Notes: generated from the sequence alone by a model not told the origin. 64,000 nt of DNA from Lepidodermella squamata (GCA_047495785.1 JBLDXI010000048.1:62001-126000), one strand, 5' to 3'. Positions 44,098 to 57,872 are shown, counted from the first letter of the stretch. Program-made: numbers and translations.

Positions 44098-45597
44098 TCA
44101 TACAGGACTTCCGGCACTGGAACTCGAATCGCTATTATTGTTATTATTATTGTTGTTGTTGTTCGAAATCGCGTCCAGTTCCATGCAGGACGCGTCGTTA
44201 CTCGGAAGAACGTTAGTTTCCTCGGTAGTGTAAGAACACCCGCAGGCGTTGCTGTTGAGCTCATCGCTTTTCTCGCGAGAAGATTTCGCGGCACCGAACG
44301 ACGCCGGCAAACTCTGCATGACATTGGCATTCGGCAGCGAGAGAATGCACGCGACTTCGAAAGTGGGCGGGAAGATTTTGTGGCCAGAATCTTTACACGC
44401 TTTATCGAGTTGATTTTTAGAGAATTTGAGAATTATCGGGTAATCAGCCGCGTCCTCATCCTCGCCTATCTGCGTCGCTAAACTGTGAATCGGACACGGG
44501 CATTGCGACTGAGTATCCGGTTTCGGATTTTCGAGGTCGGTTATTGTAGTAAAATACGTGTTGAAGGCAAAGTGAAATAGCGGCTCTTTGCCCTTAACTT
44601 TATTCCGAGAGTAAAAATTCACTCGAATGTCACCAGAGACGATGAGTGGCGGTTGAACTTGAATTAGTACGCGTCCGTGTACATGCTCTTGCTTTGAAAC
44701 TTCGTAAATTGGCGATGTATAGGCAGGACGAGGCATTTCGGACTCGGGTTGCATTTCTTGACCTCCTTGACCAGATGTGACGTTATTCGCGCTGTCTTCA
44801 ATTGGCGGTGATAAGGATGAGCAGTATAAAGAACCGTCGACGGCCATTATTTCGAAGAAAACGTTAGAAAACGAGAACCCCACTTCAGGGTTAAGGTGAT
44901 TTGATGCAGACCCGGAATGGTGAAGCATGCTGACATGGCCACCGCCCAGCGCAGATTGGCTGGGCATGTGAAACTGAAGGCGAATACTGTCGAGAATAAG
45001 CGGAACGGGGTGATAAGTTAGATTTTTAGTCAGTAGATACGCATAGTAATGAACGTAACGACGCTGACTTGGTATGGTAACGCCGCGTCCATTCTGCGTG
45101 CGAGTTGTGTCGTAGTGAGCTAAGGCGTCGTGTGCTGAAGAAAATTTCTTTCGATGAACCAAGTACGAGCAAATCATAACACCAGTTCGACCCTTGCCAG
45201 CTTTACAATGAATAGCCGCAACATTTTCTGGATGTTGAGCAAGCCACTGCTCAACATCTTCGCAAAATTCGCCTACTTGAGTCAATTGAGGCGGATGATG
45301 GTCGTCAAACTGATAAACGGATAGGCGATTTTGAAATATTGCAGGGTTGTACTGACGATTTGGCTCGGAGCAAAGATTATAAACTTTGTAATGGTCACGA
45401 TGTTTGGACTCCAAAAACTTGACAATATCGTCAATGTGATTTCGGTATATGCCCTCGAGTTTGCTGGCAGGAAAGCCCATAGCGATGACGTTCGGCAAGA
45501 TGTACGTCAGATCGAGATCGAACTTCAAGTTTGGAAGCACTGTTTCACGATGGCGGCGCTTGTTCTTACTGACAAGCTCCTTCAACCGATTCGCCAT
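44098..45597 (-). CDS. PTEN: PIP3 phosphatase PTEN, intronless CDS
   Basis: VSKNKRR, DLDLTYI, HCKAGKGRTG, GVTIPSQRRYV, C2 domain. Confidence 0.96.
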   Translation of the reverse strand: MANRLKELVSKNKRRHRETVLPNLKFDLDLTYILPNVIAMGFPASKLEGIYRNHIDDIVKFLESKHRDHYKVYNLCSEPNRQYNPAIFQNRLSVYQFDDHHPPQLTQVGEFCEDVEQWLAQHPENVAAIHCKAGKGRTGVMICSYLVHRKKFSSAHDALAHYDTTRTQNGRGVTIPSQRRYVHYYAYLLTKNLTYHPVPLILDSIRLQFHMPSQSALGGGHVSMLHHSGSASNHLNPEVGFSFSNVFFEIMAVDGSLYCSSLSPPIEDSANNVTSGQGGQEMQPESEMPRPAYTSPIYEVSKQEHVHGRVLIQVQPPLIVSGDIRVNFYSRNKVKGKEPLFHFAFNTYFTTITDLENPKPDTQSQCPCPIHSLATQIGEDEDAADYPIILKFSKNQLDKACKDSGHKIFPPTFEVACILSLPNANVMQSLPASFGAAKSSREKSDELNSNACGCSYTTEETNVLPSNDASCMELDAISNNNNNNNNNNSDSSSSAGSPV

Positions 45598-46470
45598 GAT
45601 TCCGGTAAAATCACCTCCAGGTTCGAAGATTAGATTCGTTAAATCATATCATCATTGCAATAAATCGATGATACACCTAATCCATAAAAATTATATTCAC
45701 ATTCAGAGTTCAATAGAATGGGTGCTAATAGTCTGTCAGTAGACTCAAAAAGCTTGGCGGAGCCAGTCGATATGTATGTGATATGTCTCCCATCGTATCT
45801 CGAGGCTATTGATAGAAAAAATATGAAATATGAACATACTCCTAGTTCATTAACTGGTCTGAGCTCTGAGCTGAGAATTTTCGTAGTTAACGGTTGGTGG
45901 CAGTAACAAATACTAAATTCTAGAGCTGAGCTGAACTGAACAGCACGATCATACGGCAGATCAGAGCAGCAAGAACCATGGTTCTCAGCAGTAAAGGAAT
46001 AGACAATCACCTATACCATAAATTCACTATTCAGATTGTAATTCTTAAAAACCATGATCACCTATCGCTACTTCACGATTTGGATAATGAGCTTACAAGA
46101 ACTCAAAACAGCTGATTAATGATTAAGGTTCAACATGAGTACATGGTTTGATTTCTCCCAGAACAAAGGGAGACGCCAAACGTTAAGCTTCCGATATATT
46201 TCATTCGCTCAATCATTCATGGTCATAGCGCATTCTGGGTCTTTGGAGGCCGACCTAACTTTTACGCAACGAGCTCGCGAGAGCATCGAGGGTGGGCATC
46301 AAAAGCTGGTTCATCTATCCCCGCAGTAACACTCTCTACCTTCTCACACCCTTCATTAATTTTGAAATGTTATTTTCCAAATATTAAATGTATGTATTTA
46401 TGTTTAATTGACTTATTAAATGATTTTACGTATTATGTATTTTAAAAGTTGACAAACAAATTAAATACAC

Positions 46471-46551
46471 GCGGGATCTTTTGAAAATTTTGGCGCGAAA
46501 ATGGACGTGCGTGTTTACAGCAGCTTCTTGGCCCTCCTATACCCGGAAGTG
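46471..46551. promoter_or_regulatory. Likely PTEN/NUP210 bidirectional promoter core: CDE/CHR-like, E2F and ETS motifs
   Basis: gcggg-N4-tttgaa (46471-46485), tttggcgcgaaa (46489-46500), ccggaagtg (46543-46551). Confidence 0.45.
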
Positions 46552-46880
46552 CGAATCACGCCCCTCAAGTGCCCTCTTCACTCTTGAACATGTCTTATGT
46601 TTGATATTTGCTTAATGACAACAAAATACTTAGTACTCGGACGCTCTTCTGGCAAATAGCCAAGTCTTCGGCTATTAAGCTTGAATCAATCAACTGGCAC
46701 AGTGTAATGTGTAATTGTAATAATACTTGAGAATTACGATTTCAGGCACCTGGAAACTGGTAGCTGATTGCGGCATTATAGTATTGTCGACTAAGGCTAT
46801 AAGTAGTCTATAATTTAGATTTTGACGCATTGCACCTTGCATCTCCCATCTCCCTTCAAAATCGGGAAGCTAATTGTCTA

Positions 46881-47717
46881 CTGTATACGCGATTATTTTC
46901 GCGAGTAGATAATTTTCGCGAAGGCCCTAAAATGAGGGGTAGACAATATTCGCGAGCGGAAATTTTCGCGAAAAATCCTTCTGTGAACGGAAAATCGGGA
47001 TTTTCGGAATATCGCCCAGGAAGGGTATAAGGTACTTTAAGGTACAAGGTAGAGTATTTTACCTCTTTCTGAAGCTACACACAAACAGCAAATCGCGAGC
47101 CTTCAATCGCTCGAAGTGCTATGCATGGAATTCATCGTCTCACTTCTCACTTTAGGCTCACTCATACATTAGTCTATATCTCACAAGTCGACTGATATAT
47201 TGTACGAAATCAGAGTAAGTTGATACGACTTGGGTTTCAGCCTTAAAGGAATGTTTTTAATCGCTTCCATAACCCAGCCGTGAGAGTCACCATAGATAAT
47301 TCATTAATCGATTGATTTGATTTAGGGCTAAGTATCAAAAGGTTTCCATCAATTCCTGGCGGAGCATTCGGTGTCACATTTTGCCTAACAACATGAATTT
47401 TGAGCTATTTTTGTTTCTAAGGGAAAGAACATGGGACATATTTTGTGATAACATGAGATCTTTAGTCACCCTCACGATTCGGCCAATAGTTAATTGGCTT
47501 ATACGCTCTCTAAAGGTGTATAAGGGTTATACTTATACAGGAGGTATGATATTTGTATGACAAAACTTCATCATGTATTACGTTCCCAATAGCATATACG
47601 CGGGAAATGGGCACTGTTGTGCTGAGAAAATTTTCGCGAATTTAATTTTCGCGAGGTCCATTTTCGCTCGCGAAATTCGCGAAAATTATTGCCTCGCGAA
47701 TATTATCGCGTATACAG
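46881..47717. mobile_element. Tc1/mariner-superfamily MITE, 837 bp
   Basis: About 42-bp imperfect TIRs ctgtatacgcgattattttcgcgag... and ...ctcgcgaatattatcgcgtatacag; TA on both sides; internal ttcgcgaa repeats. Confidence 0.85.
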
Positions 47718-47740
47718 TATCTCATCGTTGGTTACTATAG

Positions 47741-50700
47741 ATGAAATTGCTCAAACTATGTTTACATTTCTGGCTCGGAGCAATGTTTTTCGGCTTCGTA
47801 GCGAGCGAGAAGCTGTCTTCTGCGAAATTGCTATTGCCGTACCATCCAACCATTCAAATTAGTTCCACGCTCGAAGTGACCGAAGCTGATCCGTCGACAT
47901 GTTACCGATGGTACTCATCTAAACCAGGTGTTGTCAGCGTGGAGCCCGTTGACGCGTGGAGCTCAGACAACACTGTTTGCTCTCAAAAAGCTGTTGTTGT
48001 GAGCAAAAGTCAGACCGTATCCCGTAATATGGCTGTGGTTTTCGCTGAAAATTTGCAAACGCGGCAGGTTCTTAAATGTCATGTCGTTGTGGAAAAAATC
48101 ACTTCGATCATGATTGAGTCGAAATCACGAGAGCTTTATTTGGAAGATTCACCTGAACCTTTCAAAGTTTTGGCTATGGATGAAGAGGGTAAGGATTGAT
48201 CTTTAATGCCCGATAGCGTGGCTATAATGAATTACTTTAGGTAACATCTTTTCGACTCTTGGTGGCTTGCCCTTTGAATGGCTCCTTCTTGCCGATTCAT
48301 TAAATCCCGAGGCAACCATGTCAACATCCACTGTTCCAAGCCAAATCATTCGTTTGGTTCGTTATGCTGACACGGCTTATGACGCACCGGATGAAGTTTC
48401 TGTCCTGGAAAGTGCTGGAACTAGGGGTTACTCTGTCCTTCTCGAGGGCCTCCAAACTGGCATTGCGTTTATCAGTGCTAAAATCAAAGACCCTGTTTAT
48501 CGTGAAGTGTCTGAAACTCATGTTAAATTGCGTGTCGTAGCGAATGTTCAGCTTTTGCCAGGCGAAGTATACCTTATGCCTCTCGCCACGGCTACCATCA
48601 AGGCCTTCATGTTCCGTCAAAATCGTCCGTCACCGCTTCAGTTACCATCTAGCCAATACTCGGCTTTTGTCGGTGATGTCTCAATCGCATCATTCGACGA
48701 AAAGTCCGCAACTGTCAAAGCGCTGAGCTTCGGCAGCACGAACGTCACTCTGGTTGACAAAAACATTCAGATTAAAGACGATTACGTACCGCCTTCTTCG
48801 TTTGTTTATGTCGAAAAACCGGCCTCTCTGCGAATGACGGTAATGGAGTATCCGCACGCGTCTTCACCCTGGATTCTAGAAGCCGGTCGTGATTACGAGT
48901 TTCACATCGATGTTCTCGACCGCTTAGGCCACGTTTTGATTCTTCCGGATACTTTCGCATTGAACGCCGTGCTGCCGCCTCAATTTTTCGAGGTGAAACA
49001 AAGCACGAAAAACGGAACTATCTGGCACGTCAGAACTAAACCAGACCACACGGGCGAAGGAAGTATCCCTGTCTCGGCTGATTGGAGTTTCAAGGCATTC
49101 AAAACTCGCCTTGAACATACTCAGGATTTCGTAGTTTACTCGCCGATTACTGTTTACCCGAAAGTTTTCGGCCTGCCCCTTGCGATTTTCGGCCCTGATA
49201 CGTTTGTCGGTTATCATTTGAAAGTCACTGGCGGGTCTGGACAATACATCTTCCTGTCTTCTGACAACAAAATCGCGACAGTTGATTCAACTGGGTTGGT
49301 TCGATCTGTCGCGACTGAACCTGGAACTGCTGAAATCAAGGTGATTGACCAGCGTAATCAAAAGCACTGGGCGACCTCGTTAGGCGTTGTCGCTGATATA
49401 GCGGAAATCGAGTTCTCGCCAGAATCGAAAGTCGAGGCGTTGGTGGGTAGTCAGTTGCAGGTCGGAATTCGCGCTAATATCATACGAGGCCGCGAGAAAA
49501 TCCCAGTAGCCAACTGTTCCGCCTTGAAATTTGCATTTGACCTCACCCGAATGCCTATGCAAGATTCCGGAGACGGCATCGACGAACAGGCTGATGTTTT
49601 CAAACTGATCGGAGTGAATCCACCAAAATACGACCCTGAGAATCAAGGCCTCGACTGCGCTTATGTTGTGCTGGATACGTTGCGGTCAGGTTTTTCTGAG
49701 TTGAAAATCAAATTCCCGCTGCCGGCTTCGGGTGTTTTTTCGGGTTATTCCGGTCTTCGTCTCGATTTAGCCTCGGAATATGGCGTTAACCAAGTTGTAA
49801 CAGCCGTAAATACCCGGGTCAGATTGCCCGTTCTGGGCGGTCCTCTTGTTTGGCCGGCCGAGAGGGAAAGGCATGTTGTCAGGGTTGAGAAGGTCAAATC
49901 GGCAACTAAGGACGATCTACTCTACACATTTTCGTGGAATTCGAAGCTGGTAGAAATTTCAGCCGAGTGCAAAAATTACGGTGAATTCGACCTTCTAGTT
50001 ACCGTTGGTAACGTGAGGGGCGACCGCAATTCAGTTTACGAAAAGCTTGAAGTTAAGGTGGCTTGCCCTGAACCGCATTCGATTCAACTTGCGATTCCTT
50101 GGGGTCAAGATAGCTCCCAGGGACCACCCTGCCCGGCGTCGCTGGACAATACCCTGCCATTCCCGGTGATTATCTCCGACACATTCCCGGTTCAAGCCGC
50201 AGTTCTCGACAGTAAACACCGCCGTTTCATGAACATTTCATCGTTTGATTTGAAATGGTCGTTCGAAAATTCGCTGGTTTCTTGCGCAAATCAATGCACG
50301 GATTTGTTTTTCGACGTGAAATCGAAACAAAATTTGATCAGTCTGAGGTCATCTGCCACAACCGGCTCCGACTCAGCTCTCGTCGAATTGATCGGATATC
50401 GCGAGAAAAGTGCGCTGAAAACCGCGAAAATTTCGAGCAATTTAGCGCTGAAAATCGTCGAACCCGCGCATTTGAGTGAAACTGAGATTGTTCTGTTCAC
50501 AATTCCGGCCGCGACGAAGAAATTGCTGGTCCTAGGCGGGTCTGGTTACTTCCAGTTCAACATTCAAGACCGCTCGTTAGTCAACGACCGAGTCGCATCG
50601 ACTATTCAATCAGACTTCCAAACACTGGCGATGAACCCACACGGCAACGGCATTTTCTCAGTCGAAGCCGTTGACCTGTGTGCCAGGCCCGGTTTGACCC

Positions 50701-53700
50701 CGAAAAACCTACTCGCCGAGGTTAAAGTCCTGAGTATTGACAAGTTGGTGATCATTTCGCGTAAATTCATCGCAATTGACGAGCAATTCAGCATTGGCGT
50801 TGTTGCTATGGATGCGTCCGGGCAACACCAATTGCCCGCCGATTTGTACCCGTCAATCGGGCTGAAGCCCGTGTATTCCGACGAGAAAATCTCGGTGACG
50901 CCGGCGAATTTCATCGGCGATATCGCGATTTTCCAAATCACGGGCAAATCCGCCGGCTTAGCGAAACTGGTTTTCACCGCGTCTGGGGTTGCGTCGAAAT
51001 CTCTGCTGACTTCGCCCGAAGATTTTTCCATCGAAGTTTGCTACCCGGTGGGTATTAGCCCTAGTCCGAAATTGATTTTAATGGACGGAGCTCAGTACCA
51101 GTTGTCGATAGTTGGCGGTCCGGTTTCTATTTCGCCAAAGCCGTCGGTTACCTTCCGATTTATCGGCCCGAATCCGGACTCGATTAGCCTGGATAAAAAT
51201 TCCGGGTTGATCCACGGCTTGAAGCACGGTGACTCGAAACTCGAGGCTGTTTTGTACGACAACGACCCATTGGCCGCTCGACTCGGTAAAAATTCTCTCG
51301 TCGAAATTTTGACGCCATCTCTCAGCGTTGAAGTCCGCCATTTGACCGGAATTCACCTTGCTAGTCCATCAACTCAAATTGAGACGAATTCCCTGGTTCC
51401 AGTGACAGTTTTCGGCGTGAAGGAGGACGATTTGAAATCGTCGAAAAATTTCGATTTCAGCCCGGCTGGTTTCGGTACTGCCAACCCGCCCCTGGTTTTC
51501 ACGTGGTCTGTCTCGCCTAGTGGCCCGAAAATCGATCTGCTATCGCCGTTTTTCGGCCCATTGTATACCAGGCCGTTGGATGAGGATTTTACGGTGTATT
51601 TCCGCGCTTTAACCCCGGGCGATTTCGTCATTAATGCTCAAGTTTCTCGGCCTGCCTCGCCAAATTTCCGCAATTTGACCTCATCACTAACGATTTCAGT
51701 GCTGCAGCCGTTCAAAATCGGAAGAGTCCAGTCGCCTTTTACTGTTTCAGTTGGGTCTGAGTTGAACTTGCCTGTCAGTGGCAATTGCCCATTTGGCAGC
51801 CCGAAATATGCTCTGCAACACGATTTGACGTCAATTTCGTGTAAAAATGGGTCGAATATCCCGGTTTTGGACCAGCAAAACAGCCCGATTTCCCTCGGAC
51901 CGGGTAACAGTTTCGTCGGCCGCACACCTGGCCATGCGAATTACGTCGCAAAATGTTCTTCCAACGATTTTCTCTCGCTTTCTTTCGACGTAAAACCTCA
52001 TTTTTCGTACATTACGATTCGCCAGCAAAACACGACGAGAGACTTGATTTCACAGTCGAAAATGACTGGACTGCCTTTCGGCGGGTCGATGCTGTTCGAC
52101 TTGGAGTATTTCACGCAATCTGGGCGTAAATTCGACGCTGTTTCCGGAAATCTGCAGTGCCGCCTTAATCGTCGTGATGCAGTTACGTTTTACCTAGCCT
52201 CAGGCACTCCGAAAACTGTAACCGCCGATTTGAGTCTAGCCGATTCGGTTTCTGTTGTTTCATGCGAATCTCACCCGAGTTTCCCGTTGTATCTTAGCCT
52301 TGTTGTTAAGGCGGCTGTTTCGCCATTCACCGGCTCGGTCAATGTCGGCGATTTGGTTTGTTTCCGGCAAAATTTCGACGGCACAAATGCGCTGTGGCAA
52401 AGCTCTGAGCCGTCGAATTTCTACGTCGATCGCAATTCAGGCGTTGCTATGGCGCTGCGTCCCTCGCAACGAGAGTCGATTTTCGTTGATTCAAACGGGC
52501 TACGAGCGTCGAGTGTCCTGTCAATCCGGCCTGTTTCTAGGATTGAATTCCTCCGAACTGACAAGACGATAATCAGCGATTCTGCCTCGAATCATTCGTT
52601 GAATTTCGAGTTGGATGTCGAAAATGCGGCTCATAACCCGCCGAAAATGCGCGGCCAGTGCCCGGTTAATTTCTACCCGGCCCAATTAGCCCAGTTCCCG
52701 TTGCCAGTTCGTTGCGAATTGGCCGCTCCTGATGCCTATCATCGCTTATTCACGGTTTCAACCTATTTCGACGCAACCAGCCCGCCGTTGATTCGTTACC
52801 ATTGCCAGATTCGTTATCAACCCGCGAATTCCGGGCTTGATCGTGAAGATTTTGCGACCCAGGAGTTTAATCTACGAGTTTATGCATCGCTAACTTCAGG
52901 CCAGTCTGACGAGAGGGCTTCGACTGAAATTTCATTCGTTCCAAGTGCGTTTTTATCGGCGACTAATCTCGCGTTGAATCCTCAGACTCTGAGCGCGAAT
53001 TTGACGATTTCAGCTTCGGATCGCGTTTTGCCGTCTCTAGTCGTCCAGCCCAGCCATTCTTCGTTCATTTCCGTAACCGGACCGACCCCGGTTTCGGGCC
53101 AATCGAATCGTTACGTCTACGAAATTGCACTAGCCGCCCATCGAAAAGTCCCGGCGAATTTGGTCGATCAGCTCCATCTAACGGTGAAAGTTCCGTTTTT
53201 GAACCAGGAGCAACAAGTCACGTTGGCGCTGCCTGGTTCTTACTCAGCAGCAGCTGCTTCGAGGGAAAGCGGCAGCTCGGGTGATTTTTCGGCTGAAAAT
53301 CTGTTTTCACGCTTGTTTGGCAATACCTCACCGACTTTGATTGTCGCCTACATTGTTATTGCTGTGCTGCTGCTACTTCTGGCAGTTCAATTGACTCTCC
53401 GAGGTGGCCTCATCGGACAGCCAAATTTCGTTCAAACAGTCTACACTTACGGTAAAAAAATTAGTTTTGCTCCTTAATTTTGCAAAATGTTTATTTTTCG
53501 CAACATTGTGATTTTTTAAGTTAAGTTGAATTTTTTAATTTTTTTCGATATTTTTGTAAATTTATTCGAAATATTTTCGCAGAAGAGTCGCCACTTCGAG
53601 CTCCTGCCACACCGCCCCGCCTATCGCCTGTTTCCGGTCTCGGAGCCGATGTCGACCCGCAGTTGTTGACCGCGTTCCGCTCAAGCGGCCGAACCCCTGT

Positions 53701-53830
53701 GCGACCCGCACCCGGCTCCTCCGGCCCTAATCTCTCACCGGGCCGTCTCGACCACTCCGCCAGCCGGCTGTGGTCTACCGGTTATGTGCCTGAAAACAAT
53801 CTGAGTTATATGAATGACAACCAACGGTGA
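47741..53830 (+). CDS. NUP210: Nuclear pore membrane glycoprotein gp210; exons 47741-48188, 48241-53451, 53583-53830
   Basis: Signal peptide, KLLLPY, CYRWYSS, RELYLEDSPE..DEEGNIFSTLGGLPFEW, repeated GGSG Ig-like units, C-terminal TM helix and S/P-rich tail. Confidence 0.92.
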
Positions 53831-54044
53831 AAATTATCAAAATAATTTCATGAAGGGTCTGAAGATAATAGTCAATTTTGTTAGTTTTGTCCGTCGTCTT
53901 TATTTAGTCGTTAAATAATGGCATATTAAATAGCCAATCACATAATCTAGTTTCATGTTGCTGCGTTGAAATATCGTGCTACGAAACAAATGACAACAAT
54001 TTTTTTACTATTTTTGTTAATTTTTCATAGTAGATTTTGTAAAA

Positions 54045-56951
54045 ATGTTGGTTGAACCAAAAGTTTCGCTGCAAGAAGAAAGGAAGCGCCTTCGAGCTAT
54101 GAGGATAAAACAGGCGCGATCTCTTGCGAATGACGCGGCGAAGAAAATTCGGGACCGCGTTCGAAATACCCGCGAGAATTTGCAAAAGGAAGCCGAGGAA
54201 GAAGTTTTTCAGCAATTAGTCGCTAAACAAATGGCGATGATTGAAAGCGCGGCTGAAGAGGTCGAAGCCACTTACCAACAAGAGGTATATTGATGATTTT
54301 CAAACATTTTGGTAAATTCTAATTATTATTATTTTTTAGTTCGGAAGGGCTTATAACGAGGCGTCGTATGTCGCTCGTGATCAAGAAATGACGAAAATGG
54401 CGAAATCAGCGCAGGCTCGAAACGGAGCGAGAAAGGCGTCGATTCGATTCGAAGAGGCGAAAGCTCGTCTTGAAGCGGAGCGAGCCGAATCGTTGAAGGA
54501 AGAAACGTATCGGCGAGCTATCAAGCAGAACGCTCTCGAGAAAGAACTCGAACGCACTAAGGCAGTGATTTCTCGCCCGTTGCCGCCGAAAAATGAAATC
54601 GAAAAAGTCGCAGCTGAACTCGAAGAAACTAAACGTGAGATTCATTTTATTTCAAATATTAATCAATTTTTATTTTTTTCAACTTTTAGGTCGACCTTTC
54701 CGAGTGCTTGAAAGTAACGTTTACCAGGCAACGCGGTATCACTTGGGCTTCGAATGCGATGAGATCACGAAAGAGACGAAAATCGTTGAACAGCCTAGCT
54801 GGAACCAAAACAAACCGACCAAACCGCCGGTAAATCGCGTTAAAATGACAACATCACAGGATGACGATGAAGACGCGAGGCCTAAATCGAACGCACCACC
54901 GCAGCCGTCGAAGAAACAGCAGCCTGTTATGATTTTCCCGATTGTCGAAAAACCGGCTGATATTGAAGCCGCGAAATCTGTGGTGAATCAGCCGGAGATT
55001 GAGGCGGCTAAAGAGGCCGAGTTGAGGAAGAAACGCGAGGAATTGGAGGCGAAAGCGCGTCAACGCGGTGAGGTTGCGCTGAAGAAGGAGCAGGATTCCC
55101 GTCATTTCGAGAAATTGCTGTCTGATTTAACGACTTTGCAGCAAGTCTGGCGCCGGCATGAAGTTGTCAACCAGCCGCACGTTATCGGCGGCAAATTGTA
55201 CGTTGGTGCTGATTTTGTCGAGGCTGAAAAGAAGGCGCAGCAACAGCGGTTGGAAGCAGCGTTTCAGCCCATTGTCAAGGCGGCTGTTTCGAAACTACCC
55301 GAAGAGCCGTCGTTCCGCGCGGAGGATAGTGAAATTGCGTCGACTGTGATTTCGCCGGCGAAATCTGCGATTAAGGAGGACTCGGAGTCGGCGGTTGGCA
55401 CGTCGACGTCGAGTTTGGCCAGTTTTCGCTGGCAGGAGGCGTCGGTTACGAGTGAGGAGGAGCCGGCTGGTCAAACACGAAAACCGGACAGCGAATCGTC
55501 TTGCTCGGATTACGCGGCTCGCAGCTCAGTTTCAGGTAAAAAACTTAATTTTTATGTTAACATTCGAAATATTTCCTAAAATTTATTATATAACTAAAAA
55601 AATTGATATTTATTTTCAAATTTTTAAATTGCTTTTAAAAATTATTTCGATTGGGTTTTTTATTATATTTTTTGAATTCTATTCTCATAATTTGGAAATA
55701 TCTACATTTTGGCGATAATTGAGTGCTGAAATTCGTAAATTTCTTCACTTATTTTAATGAATTTTTTTTTATTTAGGTGAAAGCGAGGCTGAAGAGACCG
55801 TCTTGACCTCCGAACCACCCGCTCTCGAGCCGCAGAGTCCTCAGACCAAAGAAGCGCCGATTTCGGACGTCATCTCAAGCCACTCAAGCAGCGAGCCAGT
55901 TGAAACAACGTCATCAAACGCGAGCGAATCGAACCACCAAAACACGTCGTCAGAACTAAGCGGTGGGACTCTGCTTTCGGTGTCGCAAGAACAGCCTCAA
56001 ACCGGCCCACAATTGTCATCATACGACTGGTTGATGGAGCATAACCGTCTGCTAATGGCGAAAATTGACTCGCATCGCCGCCAAATCGAAGATCAGCGAG
56101 TAGCCCTCGCGAAACGGCTGGAACAGCTCAACATTCGAGTCGCATCCCCACTTCGAGTTTCGACGAAACTGCACGATCTGCAGCAGAGTCTGAGCACGGG
56201 CGGGTCGATTTCTGCCCCGAGTTCCGTCCAGCGGTTGAACGAAGACCGATCGATAATCGTGTTCTCGCCATCGCACTCTTCGTCGTTTTTGTCGGATATC
56301 ACCCCGAGACGGCTGCCAGCTTTCATGAATTCATCAACATCCTCCTCGACAATTTCTTCTTCTTCGTCGGCAAATTCGAGTAATCTAAGCACTGGCCTGC
56401 TGATTTCGACTGACCAAAACCGGGCTAATTCAGTGTCATCAACTCCGTTGCAACAGAAGGCGATTCAGAAAGAGGCGCTGTCCACCTTAACGGAAGAGTC
56501 GTCCCGTCAGGATTTCAGTCTTTTAACCGAAAAAACGGGCTCAAGCGGCACGAATAGCAACGTTATCGCTGGTCAAAAGTCGCAGAATTCCACGTCGAGT
56601 TCGTCGTCTTTCGGCTCGTTGATGATGGAGTATTACGGGCAACGGGGCGGGTCCGATCTGAGCAGCGGCGAGACGAAATCTCAATCGAACCAGCCGCCAG
56701 TTCTTCCGGCGCTCAGTTCTACCCCTCGCCGTGACGATAGCAGCCCGAAATTTTTGGATTTACCCGGTAAAACGAGTTCAGAGTCGAATTCTGGGTCGAA
56801 ATCGAGCTCCAGTGGGCCATCGCCACCCGCTTTTCGGTCGCTTCTGCTCGAAAACGAGAGCGAAGATGACGAGGATGATGAAACTGTGGATGATTTCGAT
56901 CTGCCTCCACCCTCTCTTGTCGGTGATGAAAGTTTCATGAATCAGTCTTAG
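54045..56951 (+). CDS. CEP295/Ana1-like centriolar protein (about 851 aa); exons 54045-54284, 54340-54634, 54690-55535, 55777-56951
   Basis: EERKRLRAMRIKQAR, YQATRYHL and ARQRGEVALKK..LQQ resemble my recollection of the CEP295 N-terminus; remainder is S-rich and disordered; junctions in frame. Confidence 0.65.
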
Positions 56952-57551
56952 AACGAATTTGTTGTTGTAAATATTCTGGATTTTCTTCACCGGTTACTTG
57001 TTGCGATCTTGCTGATAATAAGATTATGAAGAGCTTTCCGATGACGATTTTATACTACATTTTTTCTACGATGTCACCTTACGTTCTTATTTGCAATATT
57101 ATCATGATATTGGTCTTATTTTTTGAATACACACAAGCTCATTTTCTTCTGTTGAAATTATAAACTCTGCTGAATACCTGATATGATATGCTACCTCATC
57201 TTCACGTCACTGCTGTTGTATCATTTTTGCATGAAATTTCGCGCGCGCACCTGTTCACAATCATGACTATGAAGAGTTTTTTAGCAAGTTTTTTCGACTT
57301 GTTTTTTCTTGGTTTTTTTTACATCTTGGCACTTCCGGGCAAACTGTTGTTGAGAAGAGATTGTAAAATAAAAGAGCATTTGTTGAGAGATATTCGGCTT
57401 TTTACTTTGCTTTTGATTCCCAAGTTGAATCCTACTGGCGACGCTCAGTTTTTGGCTGCTGTAGTCTTTGCTGTAGCAGGGAGTAAGCTAGCTATTCAAA
57501 CTACTACAATGACCGTAAACATCGTCTGACCATGACTGACACGCATGCAAG

Positions 57552-57623
57552 TCCTTGGTAGTATAGTGGTTAGTATCCCCGCCTGTCACGCGGGAGACCA
57601 GGGTTCGATTCCCTGCCAAGGAG
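57552..57623 (+). tRNA. tRNA-Asp(GTC)
   Basis: As copy 1. Confidence 0.95.
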
Positions 57624-57684
57624 CATTTGTTTTGCTGTAGCAGATCAAAATGCCTGTATTAAAATTTCCCTGCAAAAGTTTTAT

Positions 57685-57766
57685 CGACGCAGAAGGGATT
57701 CGAACCCTCGCGGGCAGAGCCCAATGGATTAGCAGTCCATCGCCTTAACCACTCGGCCACCGCGTC
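57685..57766 (-). tRNA. tRNA-Ser(GCT)
   Basis: As copy 1. Confidence 0.95.
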
Positions 57767-57872
57767 CATGTCAATTACAGGCTGCGTGGCGATCATTGAG
57801 CTGGCTTTGATTCAACTATTGGTGTAAGTTACAAGAGCCCGCTGATCGAAATATCGCCTAACCGCGAAATCA

